This document shows, in pieces, positions 18,633 to 30,799 of a stretch of 64,000 nucleotides of DNA. Below the pieces are notes generated by a model, which saw nothing but the letters and a program-made list of their open reading frames with translations, had not been told where the DNA came from and made no database searches. A program made the position numbers and the translations under genes. This stretch comes from Armatimonadota bacterium (GTDB lineage Bacteria; Vulcanimicrobiota; JACPDS01; JBDRKI01), in the NCBI GenBank assembly GCA_043814095.1, contig JBDRKI010000099.1, positions 12,342 to 76,341 on the forward strand, written 5' to 3'. The first letter of the stretch is position 1, and each line of letters opens with the position of its first letter.

Positions 18633-21600
18633 TTAGTACTGGTAGGTGGCCTTTATCCCGTAAAAATAGTTACCGAACTGGTCATTCTCAACCATAAGCA
18701 TTGTCCTTCTCTGGAGCTTGTATTCCATGCCCCATATCTCATTCATTATGCCCTGCATGCCGTAAACTCTTGTATAGGTCATGAAGAACTTATCATCACT
18801 GCCTATGGCTTTGGCTATTTTTACAGACCATATACCCGGTCCGCCGTAATCAAACCCTACATCCCCCGATAATATATTCTGGCTTATTGACTGTATAAGC
18901 GGCTGGAGAACGCTCATCTGGAGAGCGCTGTACATATACTTTGAGAACAATCCCTGGTTTCCGGCAAGCGGCACGCTGGGCAGAATTTTAGACGCCAGAA
19001 GCGCGACAATCTGGTCCTCTGAAAGCGGCGGATCCGAAGTAAAGGCGCTTACCGGTCTGTCAATACTGCCGCTTAATTCCACGAATATGTCCACATCGCT
19101 CACGGTTGTACGGGCTTCAAGATCAATCTTGGGCATCATGTCTTCCCTGCCGTCAAAAAACGCCATGCCGTCTATAATCTTAAAAGACGTGTTATAGAAA
19201 TTAATACTGCCCTGGGAGAAATTAATCTGCCCTTTTAAAGTGGGCTTTGCGTCCCGCCCCCTTATCTCTAAAAGGCCCGTACTCTTAAAATGTGTGCTTA
19301 AAACGTTTGACTGGCTGTTAAGCCATACATTATCAAGTATAAGGTCCAAGTTGTATGCCGTTGAATCCAGCTCGGCAGGGGCTTTCTTTCCGGGCTTCTC
19401 GCCCATTTTCTTGGCAACATTGGCAAGCTCTAAAAGATTAAGGTTCCCGCCTATGGCCTTTAACATGCCCGCTAATTTCTTGTCATGCGAAGGACCCTTA
19501 AGACTTATATCCCCGTCCAGTTCGCCGCTGTAGTATTTGGCGGAATAAATTTTTAAACTGCTTAACTTTAAATTTAAATCGTATTCTTCCGGCAGGAACC
19601 CCTCAAAAGATATATCCCCGCTTAAATTAAAGCTCCCGCCGCCCATCTTAGCGCCGAATTCATCAAACCGGAGCCGGTCATCAACAAAAGTTATTTTTAT
19701 GTCTATATCCTCCATGGGGGTATCAACCTGGTTAAATTTAATATAGCCGTTTTTAACCGTTACGTTGCCGTGCATCTCTATATCGTAAATAGGGCCGGAA
19801 AATTTAATCTCGCCGTTTATGGGTCCGGTGGAAGTTTCAACAATGTCGCCCAAAAGATTTAATATACTTAAATCTTTCTCCGAAAACTTAACATTAAACT
19901 CAAGCGGGGCTGATGTATAAAACTCACCCCTCTGTATAACTATTGGCATATTTCCGTAAGCTTTTATCTGGTGCTTGCCCTTTAAAACCTTCCAGTCTTT
20001 AAACTGCAGCATACCGTCCGCCCCGGTTATAATCCCGCTGAATTCGTCAAACCCGAACCCGTCAAAACTGCCCTTATATAATCTAAAACCGCCTTCTATA
20101 TCAGGCGATAAACAGCTGTTGCTGGCGGCAAAAACAGAGTTCAGCATTCCGGATATTCTGTGGCCTCCCGGGAGAAACGGGTTTAAAAAACCTACATCAA
20201 GGTTATTTGTGTTTAATTTAATCTCTATATTTCCAGCGGTATTTATCGTACCTGAAGCTTTCGCCCACCCGGCGCTCTGCGTAAGCACGACATCATTTAT
20301 TGTCCAGTTTTTATCTTCAAGCCCAAGGTCCACTTTCAACGAATCAATCTTGGTTTTATCAAAAAGGCCGTCCTTTAAACTGCCCCTTAAAACAAGCTTG
20401 GGATTGGCAAGAACTCCTCCAAGCATCATATATGAATCTATAGTGCCGTTTAACCTGTCTTTCAAGCCGGACTTCATAAGGGCAAGAATAGTAGAAAGAC
20501 TGCCCGAGACTGAGGTAAGCTCAAGGTCAAACACCGGCTGCTTGTCTTCCGGAGCGCCGAACGCGGCAAATAGATTCTTGCCGCCCGAGGCGGAAAAATC
20601 TATGCTTCCGGAAAGATTATACGAAGGAACTTTACCCCTGCCCGCTTTCTGTTTTATGCCTCCCGGGGAATCTTTTTCTTCTTCTATGTATAACGGGTTC
20701 AGATTTAAAACACTGTTTTCAAAATCCGCATTACACAGCGCTTTTGAAAATTTCTTGTCATTTATGACAACATTCTCGTATTCCAGCTTAGCTATAACAT
20801 GCGGAGAAGAAACGGATCCGAGCACTTTTATATTAAATTTGCCGGCGCCTTCCACTTCCCCCAGATAATCACTCATAAACGGCATCTCGGCAAGGGGGAA
20901 ATCATCCGCGTAAAAAGTAAATTCCAGAATACCCCTGTCATTTATACTGCCGAAACCAAGGATTTCCCCTTTATTAACGGTGAGCTTCAGATCCGAAAGA
21001 ACATAGCTTCTGTTGCTTGATGTAAGGTCAAGTTTCAGCTCCTTAAACACTTTTCCCATTAATTTTAAATTAAAAATATCTATGCTTCCCGAAATTGCGG
21101 GTTTAGACATTTCCCCTTTTACCGAAAAATTGGAGGACAGTTTTCCTTCTATATCCTGGGAAGAGAAAGCCGTGGCCTGCATTATCTTTTTTATGTTAAG
21201 CTTGTTTGTAATTATATTTAAGTCCATGCTCTTTTTGCCGGAGACATCTATGCTCCCGCAGATACATAATTTTCCGTCACCCTGATAAAACTCTACGGGC
21301 TTAAAATTCAAACGGTTGTCCGCGTATTCAAAATCCGTTTTCAGGGTAAAGAAATCATCGTTTATTAGGCCGCCGGGGATATTAAGAAAGCCCAGCATAT
21401 TCAGATTATTGTTTTTATACTTAAGGCTTCCCGCCGTTGAAACCTCAAATTTTATATCTTTTGTCTTAACCATGTCCGGCGAAGAGATGCCGAAAAGATT
21501 TAAGACCTCATCAACGTTTGAAAGCTTCCTGTTTATAAGGTGGTATTTAACATCCGCGTCATTAAGGGAGATCTCGCCCGTTAACCCCAGGAACATTGTC

Positions 21601-23960
21601 TTCCCGAAAAGGGAGAGCGTGTCAAAAATAAGCCTATCGGCTGAAAATTCCAGATCATAATAACCGCTCTCCATGGGGAGGGTCGCGAGCATTCCCTCTT
21701 TAAGGTCAAAGTTCCCGGAAGCAAAATACGTGCCGTTTCTAATGCGCAGTATTGAATCTAAATATATCACTCCTTTTATTAAATCGGGCCTTGCGATTAT
21801 GCTTGCCACATCTATATTATTGGCGCTTAATACCGAAAGGGCCGTCCCTCCGTTTTTATAGAAATTATTAAAGCCCGTCATGTTTATATTCTTAATTTTC
21901 TCGTCAAGCCCGAACGAATAAAAATATCCTTTATGTTTATTCCCGTCAAAATAAAGATTTATATCCGAACTTTTCCCGAACAGCTTAAAATTATCACGCG
22001 CAAAAGTCCTGTTAAGGGAAGAAAGATCAGCCCCCATGCAGAGAAGGTAGCCCTGCAGCTCCTCGGCTTTATTATTCTGGTAATATCCGAAGTTTACCGG
22101 CGCTCCCAAAACAATACCCGCGCCTTTATCAAGAAGCAATTTATCCGGCTCAAAATAAGCGTCAAAGCCAAGCCTGCCGGCGGAAAGCCCTTCGGCCGCG
22201 AAAGAGGCGTTTTTAAGAAAAGCAAAAAACCTGGGATCTTTAAATGTGCCCCTTAACCCGCCTCCCAAGCTTAATCTGCCCGTAAAAGGCCCTAATGTCT
22301 TAAAACCCCTTCCGGAGAAATTCAAATTTTTAGCCCAAATATTAAAATCCATAACCGAGCTTTTAAAATCAACTTCCCCTCCGGCTTCAGCGACTTTTTT
22401 ACTGCCCTGGAATATACCGGCTTTTTTCAGGTAAAAAAGGTCTGCCCCGAAAACAAAGCTCGCGCTGGCCTTGCCCGGAACACGCGTGATAAAGAGCATC
22501 TCGCTAAGATCGGCACTCCCGAACATAACGGGATCTTTTACCGGGCCCGCCACGCAGAAATAAAAATCGGATTTAAAATCAACGGTATCATTCTTAAACC
22601 CCGGGATTATTCTTCCGAGTTCAAGGCCGCTGCCCTTAACAGACAAAATAACTTCCTGCGGTTCTTTTACCATATACATACCGCTTGCGGATAGTTTACC
22701 GTCTCCCGCTTTCGCGGTTATATCATTAACAAAAAGAATGTCATCATAAAATTCCAGACCGAATAAAATATCTTTTAATCTGCCCGGGGCGGAACTGTCT
22801 TTAAGAAGGTAAGCTACGTTTTCCGCTTCTATATCCGCTTTTATAACAGGCAGATCCCCCTTCCCTTTTATACTTATAAAAGCGGAAGCATTGCCAGTTA
22901 TATCAATCTCAAAATCCGAGGTCCAAAATTTTCCGATCTGCTTAAGATCAAAATCAACCGCCTCTATGTCAACGATTAAAAACGGCCATGCGAAATCGGT
23001 AATAACGCCCTTAGCGGAAACAGGCACTGTCCCGAACAGCGCGTCAATGCCTTTTGAGAACAGGCAGTTGTCGGATATATCAATCTTGCCGGTCATATCA
23101 TGGAACTCATACGGAAACCCTTTGCAGTAAAAAGCGCCGTCATCCACATATAAGCTTCCCTGGTAGTCTGTAATACCGCTTTTTAACCCTGTTATAAACC
23201 AGATATCAAGATCGGCAACGCCGTCCCTGAAAAAGAAATCCCTGTTAACGAAAAGATAATTTATATAATCAACAAGCAGTATATCGGAAGCGCTAAGAAG
23301 GGTGTAAAGGTTGCCCTTTCTCATGCTCCCCTCTACGGTCATCTTTTTACCGCCCTGTGAAATACTGCCAGATACCGTATTGTTCCTGTCAAAATAATTA
23401 TAACGGAAATTTATCTTATCAAGTTTTGTACTTCTTTTAGCGACAAAAATATCTTCTATCTTAACTTTGCCGCCCTCTACTATTATCTCCCCTTTATATA
23501 TCCCCTTAATCTTTACTTCTTCGTCTTTTTTCTTCTTTTTCTTGCCCTGCTTAAAAATGGTAGATACATTCCATGTTCCATGATCAAGTTTTTTAAGATA
23601 AACAGAGGGCTCAACAACTTTTACCTTATCAACAAAAGCCCTGCCCATAAAAACATTGAATATCCCGTACCTTATATCGATCTCCTTAACAGATATAACG
23701 GAATTATTATTCCCGTCCCTTACCTTTATATCATCAGCAACAAGTCTGTTAATCTTTACGGCCATCCCCCCTATATTTATCCTGCCGTTCGTAAAAAAGG
23801 CAAACCCGTACATAACAGCTGTTTTAACCAGAAAGCTGAACGAGAAACATATAAGTAATAGTAATACTATTACTATAATTATCTTTTTTCTTTTTTTAAT
23901 AAAATTAAGCATAATATAATTTAAATAACTTCTAAATTTTAATAAAATAACCTTCTGCAT
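18633..23960 (-). CDS. tamB: Translocation and assembly module TamB-like (AsmA/DUF490 family) giant envelope-spanning protein
   Basis: 1775 aa. It has an N-terminal TM anchor, a long beta-rich repetitive body and a conserved C-terminal DUF490-like region. The gene is adjacent to and co-directional with bamA. Confidence 0.65.
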   Translation of the reverse strand: MQKVILLKFRSYLNYIMLNFIKKRKKIIIVIVLLLLICFSFSFLVKTAVMYGFAFFTNGRINIGGMAVKINRLVADDIKVRDGNNNSVISVKEIDIRYGIFNVFMGRAFVDKVKVVEPSVYLKKLDHGTWNVSTIFKQGKKKKKKDEEVKIKGIYKGEIIVEGGKVKIEDIFVAKRSTKLDKINFRYNYFDRNNTVSGSISQGGKKMTVEGSMRKGNLYTLLSASDILLVDYINYLFVNRDFFFRDGVADLDIWFITGLKSGITDYQGSLYVDDGAFYCKGFPYEFHDMTGKIDISDNCLFSKGIDALFGTVPVSAKGVITDFAWPFLIVDIEAVDFDLKQIGKFWTSDFEIDITGNASAFISIKGKGDLPVIKADIEAENVAYLLKDSSAPGRLKDILFGLEFYDDILFVNDITAKAGDGKLSASGMYMVKEPQEVILSVKGSGLELGRIIPGFKNDTVDFKSDFYFCVAGPVKDPVMFGSADLSEMLFITRVPGKASASFVFGADLFYLKKAGIFQGSKKVAEAGGEVDFKSSVMDFNIWAKNLNFSGRGFKTLGPFTGRLSLGGGLRGTFKDPRFFAFLKNASFAAEGLSAGRLGFDAYFEPDKLLLDKGAGIVLGAPVNFGYYQNNKAEELQGYLLCMGADLSSLNRTFARDNFKLFGKSSDINLYFDGNKHKGYFYSFGLDEKIKNINMTGFNNFYKNGGTALSVLSANNIDVASIIARPDLIKGVIYLDSILRIRNGTYFASGNFDLKEGMLATLPMESGYYDLEFSADRLIFDTLSLFGKTMFLGLTGEISLNDADVKYHLINRKLSNVDEVLNLFGISSPDMVKTKDIKFEVSTAGSLKYKNNNLNMLGFLNIPGGLINDDFFTLKTDFEYADNRLNFKPVEFYQGDGKLCICGSIDVSGKKSMDLNIITNKLNIKKIMQATAFSSQDIEGKLSSNFSVKGEMSKPAISGSIDIFNLKLMGKVFKELKLDLTSSNRSYVLSDLKLTVNKGEILGFGSINDRGILEFTFYADDFPLAEMPFMSDYLGEVEGAGKFNIKVLGSVSSPHVIAKLEYENVVINDKKFSKALCNADFENSVLNLNPLYIEEEKDSPGGIKQKAGRGKVPSYNLSGSIDFSASGGKNLFAAFGAPEDKQPVFDLELTSVSGSLSTILALMKSGLKDRLNGTIDSYMMLGGVLANPKLVLRGSLKDGLFDKTKIDSLKVDLGLEDKNWTINDVVLTQSAGWAKASGTINTAGNIEIKLNTNNLDVGFLNPFLPGGHRISGMLNSVFAASNSCLSPDIEGGFRLYKGSFDGFGFDEFSGIITGADGMLQFKDWKVLKGKHQIKAYGNMPIVIQRGEFYTSAPLEFNVKFSEKDLSILNLLGDIVETSTGPINGEIKFSGPIYDIEMHGNVTVKNGYIKFNQVDTPMEDIDIKITFVDDRLRFDEFGAKMGGGSFNLSGDISFEGFLPEEYDLNLKLSSLKIYSAKYYSGELDGDISLKGPSHDKKLAGMLKAIGGNLNLLELANVAKKMGEKPGKKAPAELDSTAYNLDLILDNVWLNSQSNVLSTHFKSTGLLEIRGRDAKPTLKGQINFSQGSINFYNTSFKIIDGMAFFDGREDMMPKIDLEARTTVSDVDIFVELSGSIDRPVSAFTSDPPLSEDQIVALLASKILPSVPLAGNQGLFSKYMYSALQMSVLQPLIQSISQNILSGDVGFDYGGPGIWSVKIAKAIGSDDKFFMTYTRVYGMQGIMNEIWGMEYKLQRRTMLMVENDQFGNYFYGIKATYQY

Positions 23961-24011
23961 TACGAATTAATTTAGTAGTCGCAAAAAATTCATTATTATT
24001 TATATTTTCAA

Positions 24012-24050
24012 TAAAAAACCGCCATGAATAACTTATCATAACGGTTTTTT
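24012..24050 (-). terminator. Intrinsic terminator-like hairpin with U-tracts on both sides (bidirectional)
   Basis: ACCG-CC-ATGA ... TCAT-AA-CGGT imperfect stem, flanked by AAAAAA upstream and TTTTTT downstream. It lies between the CPBP islet and the tamB start. Confidence 0.4.
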
Positions 24051-24303
24051 GTATATATTTCTAGCTATTAAGCTGATTCCTTATGTAGAACTAATATTTA
24101 TACCGCCGTTTTCCTGTATATTCCATAACGCTTTTAGCTATATCAGTGCAACTTATTTACGAAAGAACCACATATAACAAATGGAAAACTCATAGAAAAT
24201 ACATACCAGAGGGGCCATTATGTTCTTACTTCATGAAGAGCCATAATCACATTTGATTTTTGATTCGGCTTTCGACGTATTCGTCAAATCAGGCCTAAAT
24301 CAA

Positions 24304-24501
24304 TTAATTCGGAAGATAAACAATCAGCAATGAAACGCAAAGCCACAATATAACAACCCAAAACTGCCATGTCAAAAGCATACTTCTAACATTATCCCTA
24401 AAGCCCCCAAGTCGTATTCTATCAGGTTCTGTATATGATGTTTCTTTTGGATATGCTGTTTTACACAAGAAAAAAGAGACGTTAAATGCACTGTAGGCCA
24501 A
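24304..24501 (-). pseudogene. Duplicated 3' remnant of a CPBP-family protease gene
   Basis: The C-terminal 45 aa (KETSYTEPDRIRLGGFRDNVRSMLLTWQFWVVILWLCVSLL) parallel the C-terminus of the adjacent CPBP (KETPNAEVDTVRFKGFWGNIKSLFGLWQFWSIMLLFLFILL). Confidence 0.5.
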
Positions 24502-24538
24502 TATATGCGAATCGTCTCGTCAAAAATCTACAAAAAAC

Positions 24539-25438
24539 CTAATGCTTTATAAAAGAACTCAATAAAATAAAAAGAAACAACAGCATAATACTCCAAAACT
24601 GCCATAGGCCGAATAAGCTTTTTATATTGCCCCAAAATCCTTTAAACCTAACCGTGTCTACCTCGGCATTGGGGGTTTCTTTTATTAACAATTTAAACAA
24701 TAATATTATCAATATAATTGATAGTATTATTAAAACGGGGGGAAGATGGTATTTAGTATATGCGCTAAATTTATAGGTGTAAAAATAAGCAAATAATATA
24801 GCTGTGGCATTAAAAGTTCCGTGGGCTAACATGCTCGAAAAAATTGAGCCTGTCCTATAGACCAAATAACCCAAGACCAAACTCACAAAAATAGAAGATA
24901 TAATATGTGAGATGCAGTTCATGTGTAGGGCACCAAAAAGAAACGAAGCGATAACAATCGCTTGAATAAAGCCAAATTTTTTAAAAGCATTCAAAAGATA
25001 GCCTCTAAAATAAAATTCTTCGTATAATGGAGCGATAATTACCATTAAAAAGATAAATAAATAAGAATCTAAATTATTATTTGATTTGGGATAGGGATCA
25101 GCAATAATAACGACTGAAGCGCAGAAAGATTTAATTAAATAATATAAGTAAGTGCCTGTGAAAAAACTAATAACACCGATTAGAATTGATAAAATTACTA
25201 TTCGGTAATTTATTTTTTTAATACTAAAAGCATTTATAATATTAAGCTTTTGCTTTTTTGCCGCTATGAGAAGTATTAAAATAAGAAATATATTGTTAAT
25301 AACATCACTAAAATATTTAAACCCAAACAAATTTTTGTTAATACTGTATAGTACTCCCCCTAAAATAAGCATAATCAAAAATAAATTTAATGCGTTTCTT
25401 ACCGAAGAATGCCTAATCTCTTGAATATCATTTTGCAT
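24539..25438 (-). CDS. CPBP family intramembrane glutamic endopeptidase (CAAX protease/Abi family)
   Basis: Polytopic membrane protein with the EExxxR motif (EEFYFRGYL) and a FxxxH motif (LFGALH). The gene is very AT-rich compared with its flanks. Confidence 0.7.
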   Translation of the reverse strand: MQNDIQEIRHSSVRNALNLFLIMLILGGVLYSINKNLFGFKYFSDVINNIFLILILLIAAKKQKLNIINAFSIKKINYRIVILSILIGVISFFTGTYLYYLIKSFCASVVIIADPYPKSNNNLDSYLFIFLMVIIAPLYEEFYFRGYLLNAFKKFGFIQAIVIASFLFGALHMNCISHIISSIFVSLVLGYLVYRTGSIFSSMLAHGTFNATAILFAYFYTYKFSAYTKYHLPPVLIILSIILIILLFKLLIKETPNAEVDTVRFKGFWGNIKSLFGLWQFWSIMLLFLFILLSSFIKH

Positions 25439-25751
25439 ATCGAACCTTTCGCATACAATTGCGCCGAATAACCGCCCTGATATAACTTCAGGGCGGCTAT
25501 TATCTCTCTACGAATCGCTCTTATATGAGAATCGCAGAGTTACCAACCCGACCCGCCGCCAGAGCTTTTCTGTGCTTCCTTTGATTTTTTTTCAGCTTTC
25601 TTGACATCTTGTTTTGATGCCCATTTGCCGGCCGATTCACCGACCTTCTTTGCTGCGATATTTGCCCCTTGTATTATACCGTTTATGATTTCTACATAAG
25701 GATTGGCGGGGGGAGTTGGTATAGTAGGAGGAATAAACTATTTAAAAAATG

Positions 25752-25796
25752 TTAAGCCCTTAACGAATATTCTGCTAATATTTATTAAGGGCTTGA
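25752..25796 (-). terminator. Intrinsic terminator downstream of mreB
   Basis: Inverted repeat TTAAGCCCTTAA...TTAAGGGCTTGA (10-11 bp stem, 21 nt loop), followed on the minus strand by CATTTTTTAAA. Confidence 0.45.
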
Positions 25797-25809
25797 TTGA
25801 TTTTTAAAT

Positions 25810-26790
25810 TTAATTATATGCGGCACCGTTTACGAATATGGCGTTCCCTGTTCCTATTGCCACGCATGATATCGGATCTTCCGCTATCTTAACGGGCATG
25901 CCCGTCGCTTTTGTTATTAAAATATCCAGTCCGCAGAGAAGCCCGCCGCCGCCCGTTAAAACAATGCCTTTGTCTATTATGTCGGCTGAGAGCTCGGGAG
26001 GTGTTTTTTCAAGCACGCTTTTTACCGCTTCAACCATAAGGGTAAGGGGCTCTTCCAATGCTTCCCTTACTTCTTCTGAATTAATTGTTATTGTTTTGGG
26101 AAGCCCGTTTATAAGGTCGCGTCCCCTTATTTCCATGGTTCTGGGTGTTTCTTCCGGATATGCCGAACCTATTTTTATTTTAATGTCCTCGCTTGTTCTT
26201 TCGCCTATCATGAGGTTATACGTTTTCCTTATATACCTTACTATCGCTTCATCCATTTTATTGCCGGCAACCCTTATTGATTCTCCGACAACTATGCCGC
26301 CTAAAGATATAACGGCTATGTCCGTTGTTCCGCCGCCTATATCAACGACCATATTCCCGCAGGGTTCTTCAACTTTAAGACCCGCGCCTATGGCCGCGGC
26401 CATGGGTTCTTCTATAAGGAATGCTTTCCTCGCGCCCGCGCTTAAAGCGGCTTCAAGAACGGCTCTTTTTTCAACCGAAGTTACTTCCATGGGAACACAT
26501 ACGATAACTGAAGGCTTGAAGAATCTTCTTTTGCCGCAGACTTTGTTTATGAAATATTTTAACATGGCTTCGGTTACTTCATAATCGGCGATAACGCCTT
26601 CGCGGAGAGGCCTTATGGCAACGATATTCGCGGGTGTTCTGCCAAGCATCTGGCGCGCCTGCTCGCCTACCGCAAGAATTTTATTCGTGTTTTTATCTAT
26701 CGCGACAACGGAAGGTTCTTTTAAAACTATACCTTTGTTATGCGCGTGCACAAGAACTGTAGCTGTTCCAAGATCAATCCCTATATTCAT
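25810..26790 (-). CDS. mreB: Rod shape-determining protein MreB
   Basis: [12 protein letters not shown]...[12 protein letters not shown]...[11 protein letters not shown]...VDIGGGTTD: actin-fold motifs throughout. 326 aa. Confidence 0.85.
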   Translation of the reverse strand: MNIGIDLGTATVLVHAHNKGIVLKEPSVVAIDKNTNKILAVGEQARQMLGRTPANIVAIRPLREGVIADYEVTEAMLKYFINKVCGKRRFFKPSVIVCVPMEVTSVEKRAVLEAALSAGARKAFLIEEPMAAAIGAGLKVEEPCGNMVVDIGGGTTDIAVISLGGIVVGESIRVAGNKMDEAIVRYIRKTYNLMIGERTSEDIKIKIGSAYPEETPRTMEIRGRDLINGLPKTITINSEEVREALEEPLTLMVEAVKSVLEKTPPELSADIIDKGIVLTGGGGLLCGLDILITKATGMPVKIAEDPISCVAIGTGNAIFVNGAAYN

Positions 26791-26804
26791 GGTGTCCCCC
26801 TTTA

Positions 26805-28058
26805 TTACTCCGCTCTCTTTATATTTCCGCCCAAGCTTGTTATTTTATCTTCAAATTTTTCATAACCGCGCTCTATGTATTCCACGCCGAAAACTTCACT
26901 CCGGCCCTCAGCCGCAAGAGCGGCCGCGACAAGCGCGCCGCCCGCGCGCAGGTCCCCTGCTTCCACCGGCGCACCCGTTAAGGTTTTTACGCCCCTTACG
27001 ACGGCTCCCCTGTTCCTTATTATTATATCGGCTCCCATTCTCCGCAGTTCGTCAACATATCCGAACCTGCCGTTAAAGATGGTCTCCTCAACAAAGCTTA
27101 CGCCTTTCGCGGTTGTAAGCATCGCAACAAGCGGAGGCTGAAGATCGGTAGGAAACCCAGGATAGGGTTCCGTGGCTATCTCTACCGCGTTATAATTCTT
27201 TAAAGCCTTTAATTGTATAGTATCACTTGTAGTTTTTGTGTCAATACCCGTTCTTTCCAGAACTTCAAGTACGGCCTTTAGATGATTCGGGTTGACTTTA
27301 TTTATTAAAATATCGCCTTTTGTTTTTGCGGCGGCGAAAAGGTAAGTCCCTGCTTCTATCCTGTCGGGTATAATTTCATATTCGGCGCCGTGAAGCCTGC
27401 TCACGCCGTCTATTATAAGTTCTTTGGTGCCTATACCTTTTATTCTGGCGCCGCACTTATTTAAAAAATGCGCGAGGTCGTTAACTTCCGGCTCGCATGC
27501 GGCATTATCAATTAATGTTTCGCCTTTTGCCATGCACGCGGCCATCATAACATTTTTAGTCGCGCCCACGCTTGACCTGGCAAAGTAAATTTTATTTCCC
27601 GTAAGGCCCCTGGCCCTGGCATCAAGTATGCCGTGTTCAAGAGAAACTTTGGCACCGAGCTTTTCAAAGCCGTGGATATGAAGATCAACCGCCCTGCTTC
27701 CTATAACGCATCCGCCGGGGAGAGGAACTTCCGCCCTGTTAAACCTTGCAAGAAGAGGGCCTGTAATATCAAATGAGGCATGAATTTTTTTTACAAGCTC
27801 GTAAGGCGCGGGGGTTTCTGTCATGGCTGAAGAGTCAATGAAAACTTCGCCGCTTCCTTCAAAAGTTATATCGGCTCCGAGCTTTTTTAAAAGCTGGACC
27901 ATAACCCTTACATCCGATATGTCGGGAACGTTGCTCAGGTAAACTTTTCCCGACACAAGAATGGAAGCCGCCATAATGGGAAGCGCGGCGTTTTTCGCGC
28001 CACTTGCGGTTATTTCTCCCCTTAAAGGAGTCCCGCCATCAATTACATACTTTGCCAC
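26805..28058 (-). CDS. murA: UDP-N-acetylglucosamine 1-carboxyvinyltransferase
   Basis: N-terminus [31 protein letters not shown]. 417 aa. Confidence 0.85.
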   Translation of the reverse strand: MAKYVIDGGTPLRGEITASGAKNAALPIMAASILVSGKVYLSNVPDISDVRVMVQLLKKLGADITFEGSGEVFIDSSAMTETPAPYELVKKIHASFDITGPLLARFNRAEVPLPGGCVIGSRAVDLHIHGFEKLGAKVSLEHGILDARARGLTGNKIYFARSSVGATKNVMMAACMAKGETLIDNAACEPEVNDLAHFLNKCGARIKGIGTKELIIDGVSRLHGAEYEIIPDRIEAGTYLFAAAKTKGDILINKVNPNHLKAVLEVLERTGIDTKTTSDTIQLKALKNYNAVEIATEPYPGFPTDLQPPLVAMLTTAKGVSFVEETIFNGRFGYVDELRRMGADIIIRNRGAVVRGVKTLTGAPVEAGDLRAGGALVAAALAAEGRSEVFGVEYIERGYEKFEDKITSLGGNIKRAE

Positions 28059-28070
28059 ACATACTCCCGG

Positions 28071-28487
28071 TTATATATTTTTTTTAGCAAGATTAAGCTT
28101 TACTATTTCCTGTTTAAGCTGTATCTCAAGGGTATCCGTATTTAAATCGGGCTTTTCCCTTGCGGCTGAAAGCTCATGCTCTATTCTTTCTTTCTCTCTT
28201 AAAACTTCTTCATAGTCTATTTCTTCAGCTCTTTCCGCGAAATCAACAAGCAGGGTTGCTTTATTCTCCCTGACCTGGAGAAATCCGTCGCCTATCGCGA
28301 AATGCATAATCTTAAATTCGGTCCGGACAAAAAGCTCGCCGGAAATAACCATGCCCATCAAAGGGGCGTGATGTGCCAGCACGCAGATCTGCCCGTCCTC
28401 CATATAAAGGGTGATGCCGCATACGGCTCCTTTAAATTTCAGCCTCTCGGGTGTTATTATCTCAAGCAAAAAAGTTACGTCTGCCAA
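28071..28487 (-). CDS. atpC: F1 ATP synthase epsilon subunit
   Basis: 138 aa at the end of the atp operon, with an epsilon-like N-terminal beta-sandwich and C-terminal helices. Confidence 0.75.
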   Translation of the reverse strand: MADVTFLLEIITPERLKFKGAVCGITLYMEDGQICVLAHHAPLMGMVISGELFVRTEFKIMHFAIGDGFLQVRENKATLLVDFAERAEEIDYEEVLREKERIEHELSAAREKPDLNTDTLEIQLKQEIVKLNLAKKNI

Positions 28488-28501
28488 AGGGACCCCCTTA
28501 G

Positions 28502-29944
<1,443 letters not shown>

Positions 29945-30790
29945 CTATTTTTTAAGCGCCTCAACGCCGCCCGCGACTTCAAGTATCTCGTTGGTTATGG
30001 CTTCCTGCCTGGCCCTGAAATACTGCAGTGTCAGTTCCGAGGATAATTTCTCGGCGTTATCGGTCGCGTTGGTCATAGCGTGCAGTCTGGCCACAAGCTC
30101 TGTTGTTTTAGCTTCCAGCAGAATGCTGTATACGGTAACTTCAAGATATCTTTTTAAAAGAACATCCAGGGTTGATGTCTTATCGGGTTCAAAAATATAG
30201 TCTATTGACGCGGCAGCTGTTTTCTCCGTCTTAATGGGAAGTACTTTTTCAACTACCGGAGCGTGCGATAAAGAAGTTATGCTTTTTACGTAAAAACAGT
30301 TTACTTCATCAATTTCTTTTGAGATAAATTTTACGGCGATCTCAGCGGCGAGCTGTTTCGCGAAAGAGTAGCTGGGGGCCCATCCCAGGTACTGATCTAT
30401 AAGATTAAAATTCCTATGGCCGAAATATTTATAGGCCTTGATGCCCAGAGCTATGGTCTCAAAAGAGATCTGCTGTTCTTTTATCCCGGCCTGGGCAAAT
30501 TTAATAATGCTGTGATTATATGAGCCGCAGAGGCCCTTATCGGCTGTTATTACTATATTGAGAGCCTTCACGGGGTCTCTATATTCCATAAGAGGGTTAA
30601 CGGCCTCTGATGTCTGATTAACAAGCTCTATGGTCATCTCCCTGATTTTATAGGAATAGGGTTTCGAAGACTTGTTTATCAGTTCAACTTTTTTTATGCG
30701 TGAAGCCGCAATCATCTTCATCGCCCTTGTAATCTGCGAGATGTTGTTCACGCTTTTTATTTTTTGCTTAAGATCTCTTACGCCTGCCAC
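29945..30790 (-). CDS. atpG: F1 ATP synthase gamma subunit
   Basis: 281 aa, and its position between the alpha and beta genes. Confidence 0.8.
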   Translation of the reverse strand: MAGVRDLKQKIKSVNNISQITRAMKMIAASRIKKVELINKSSKPYSYKIREMTIELVNQTSEAVNPLMEYRDPVKALNIVITADKGLCGSYNHSIIKFAQAGIKEQQISFETIALGIKAYKYFGHRNFNLIDQYLGWAPSYSFAKQLAAEIAVKFISKEIDEVNCFYVKSITSLSHAPVVEKVLPIKTEKTAAASIDYIFEPDKTSTLDVLLKRYLEVTVYSILLEAKTTELVARLHAMTNATDNAEKLSSELTLQYFRARQEAITNEILEVAGGVEALKK

Positions 30791-30799
30791 AGCTTCTCC

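Noticed and set aside
19975-20868. Long antisense ORFs (for example 297 aa here; also 25838..26584, 40419..40931, 11115..11741, 13435..14082, 58517..58975)
   Set aside because: They overlap well-supported genes on the opposite strand (tamB, mreB, mlaE, lpxC-fabZ, lpxD/skp, flotillin). They have low-complexity, Ser/Pro/Leu-rich translations typical of shadow ORFs and lack motifs.
24060-24300. Possible further CPBP gene fragments or a small bacteriocin-like ORF in the AT-rich non-coding stretch
   Set aside because: All six frames are peppered with stops. No peptide longer than 25 aa with a plausible start and RBS was found.
25560-25745. Minus-strand open frame encoding ...PYVEIINGIIQGANIAAKKVGESAGKWASKQDVKKAEKKSKEAQKSSGGGSGW between mreB and the CPBP gene
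   Set aside because: There is no ATG, GTG or TTG start anywhere in the frame after the upstream stop, and no RBS. It is possibly a decayed gene. I do not call it a CDS.
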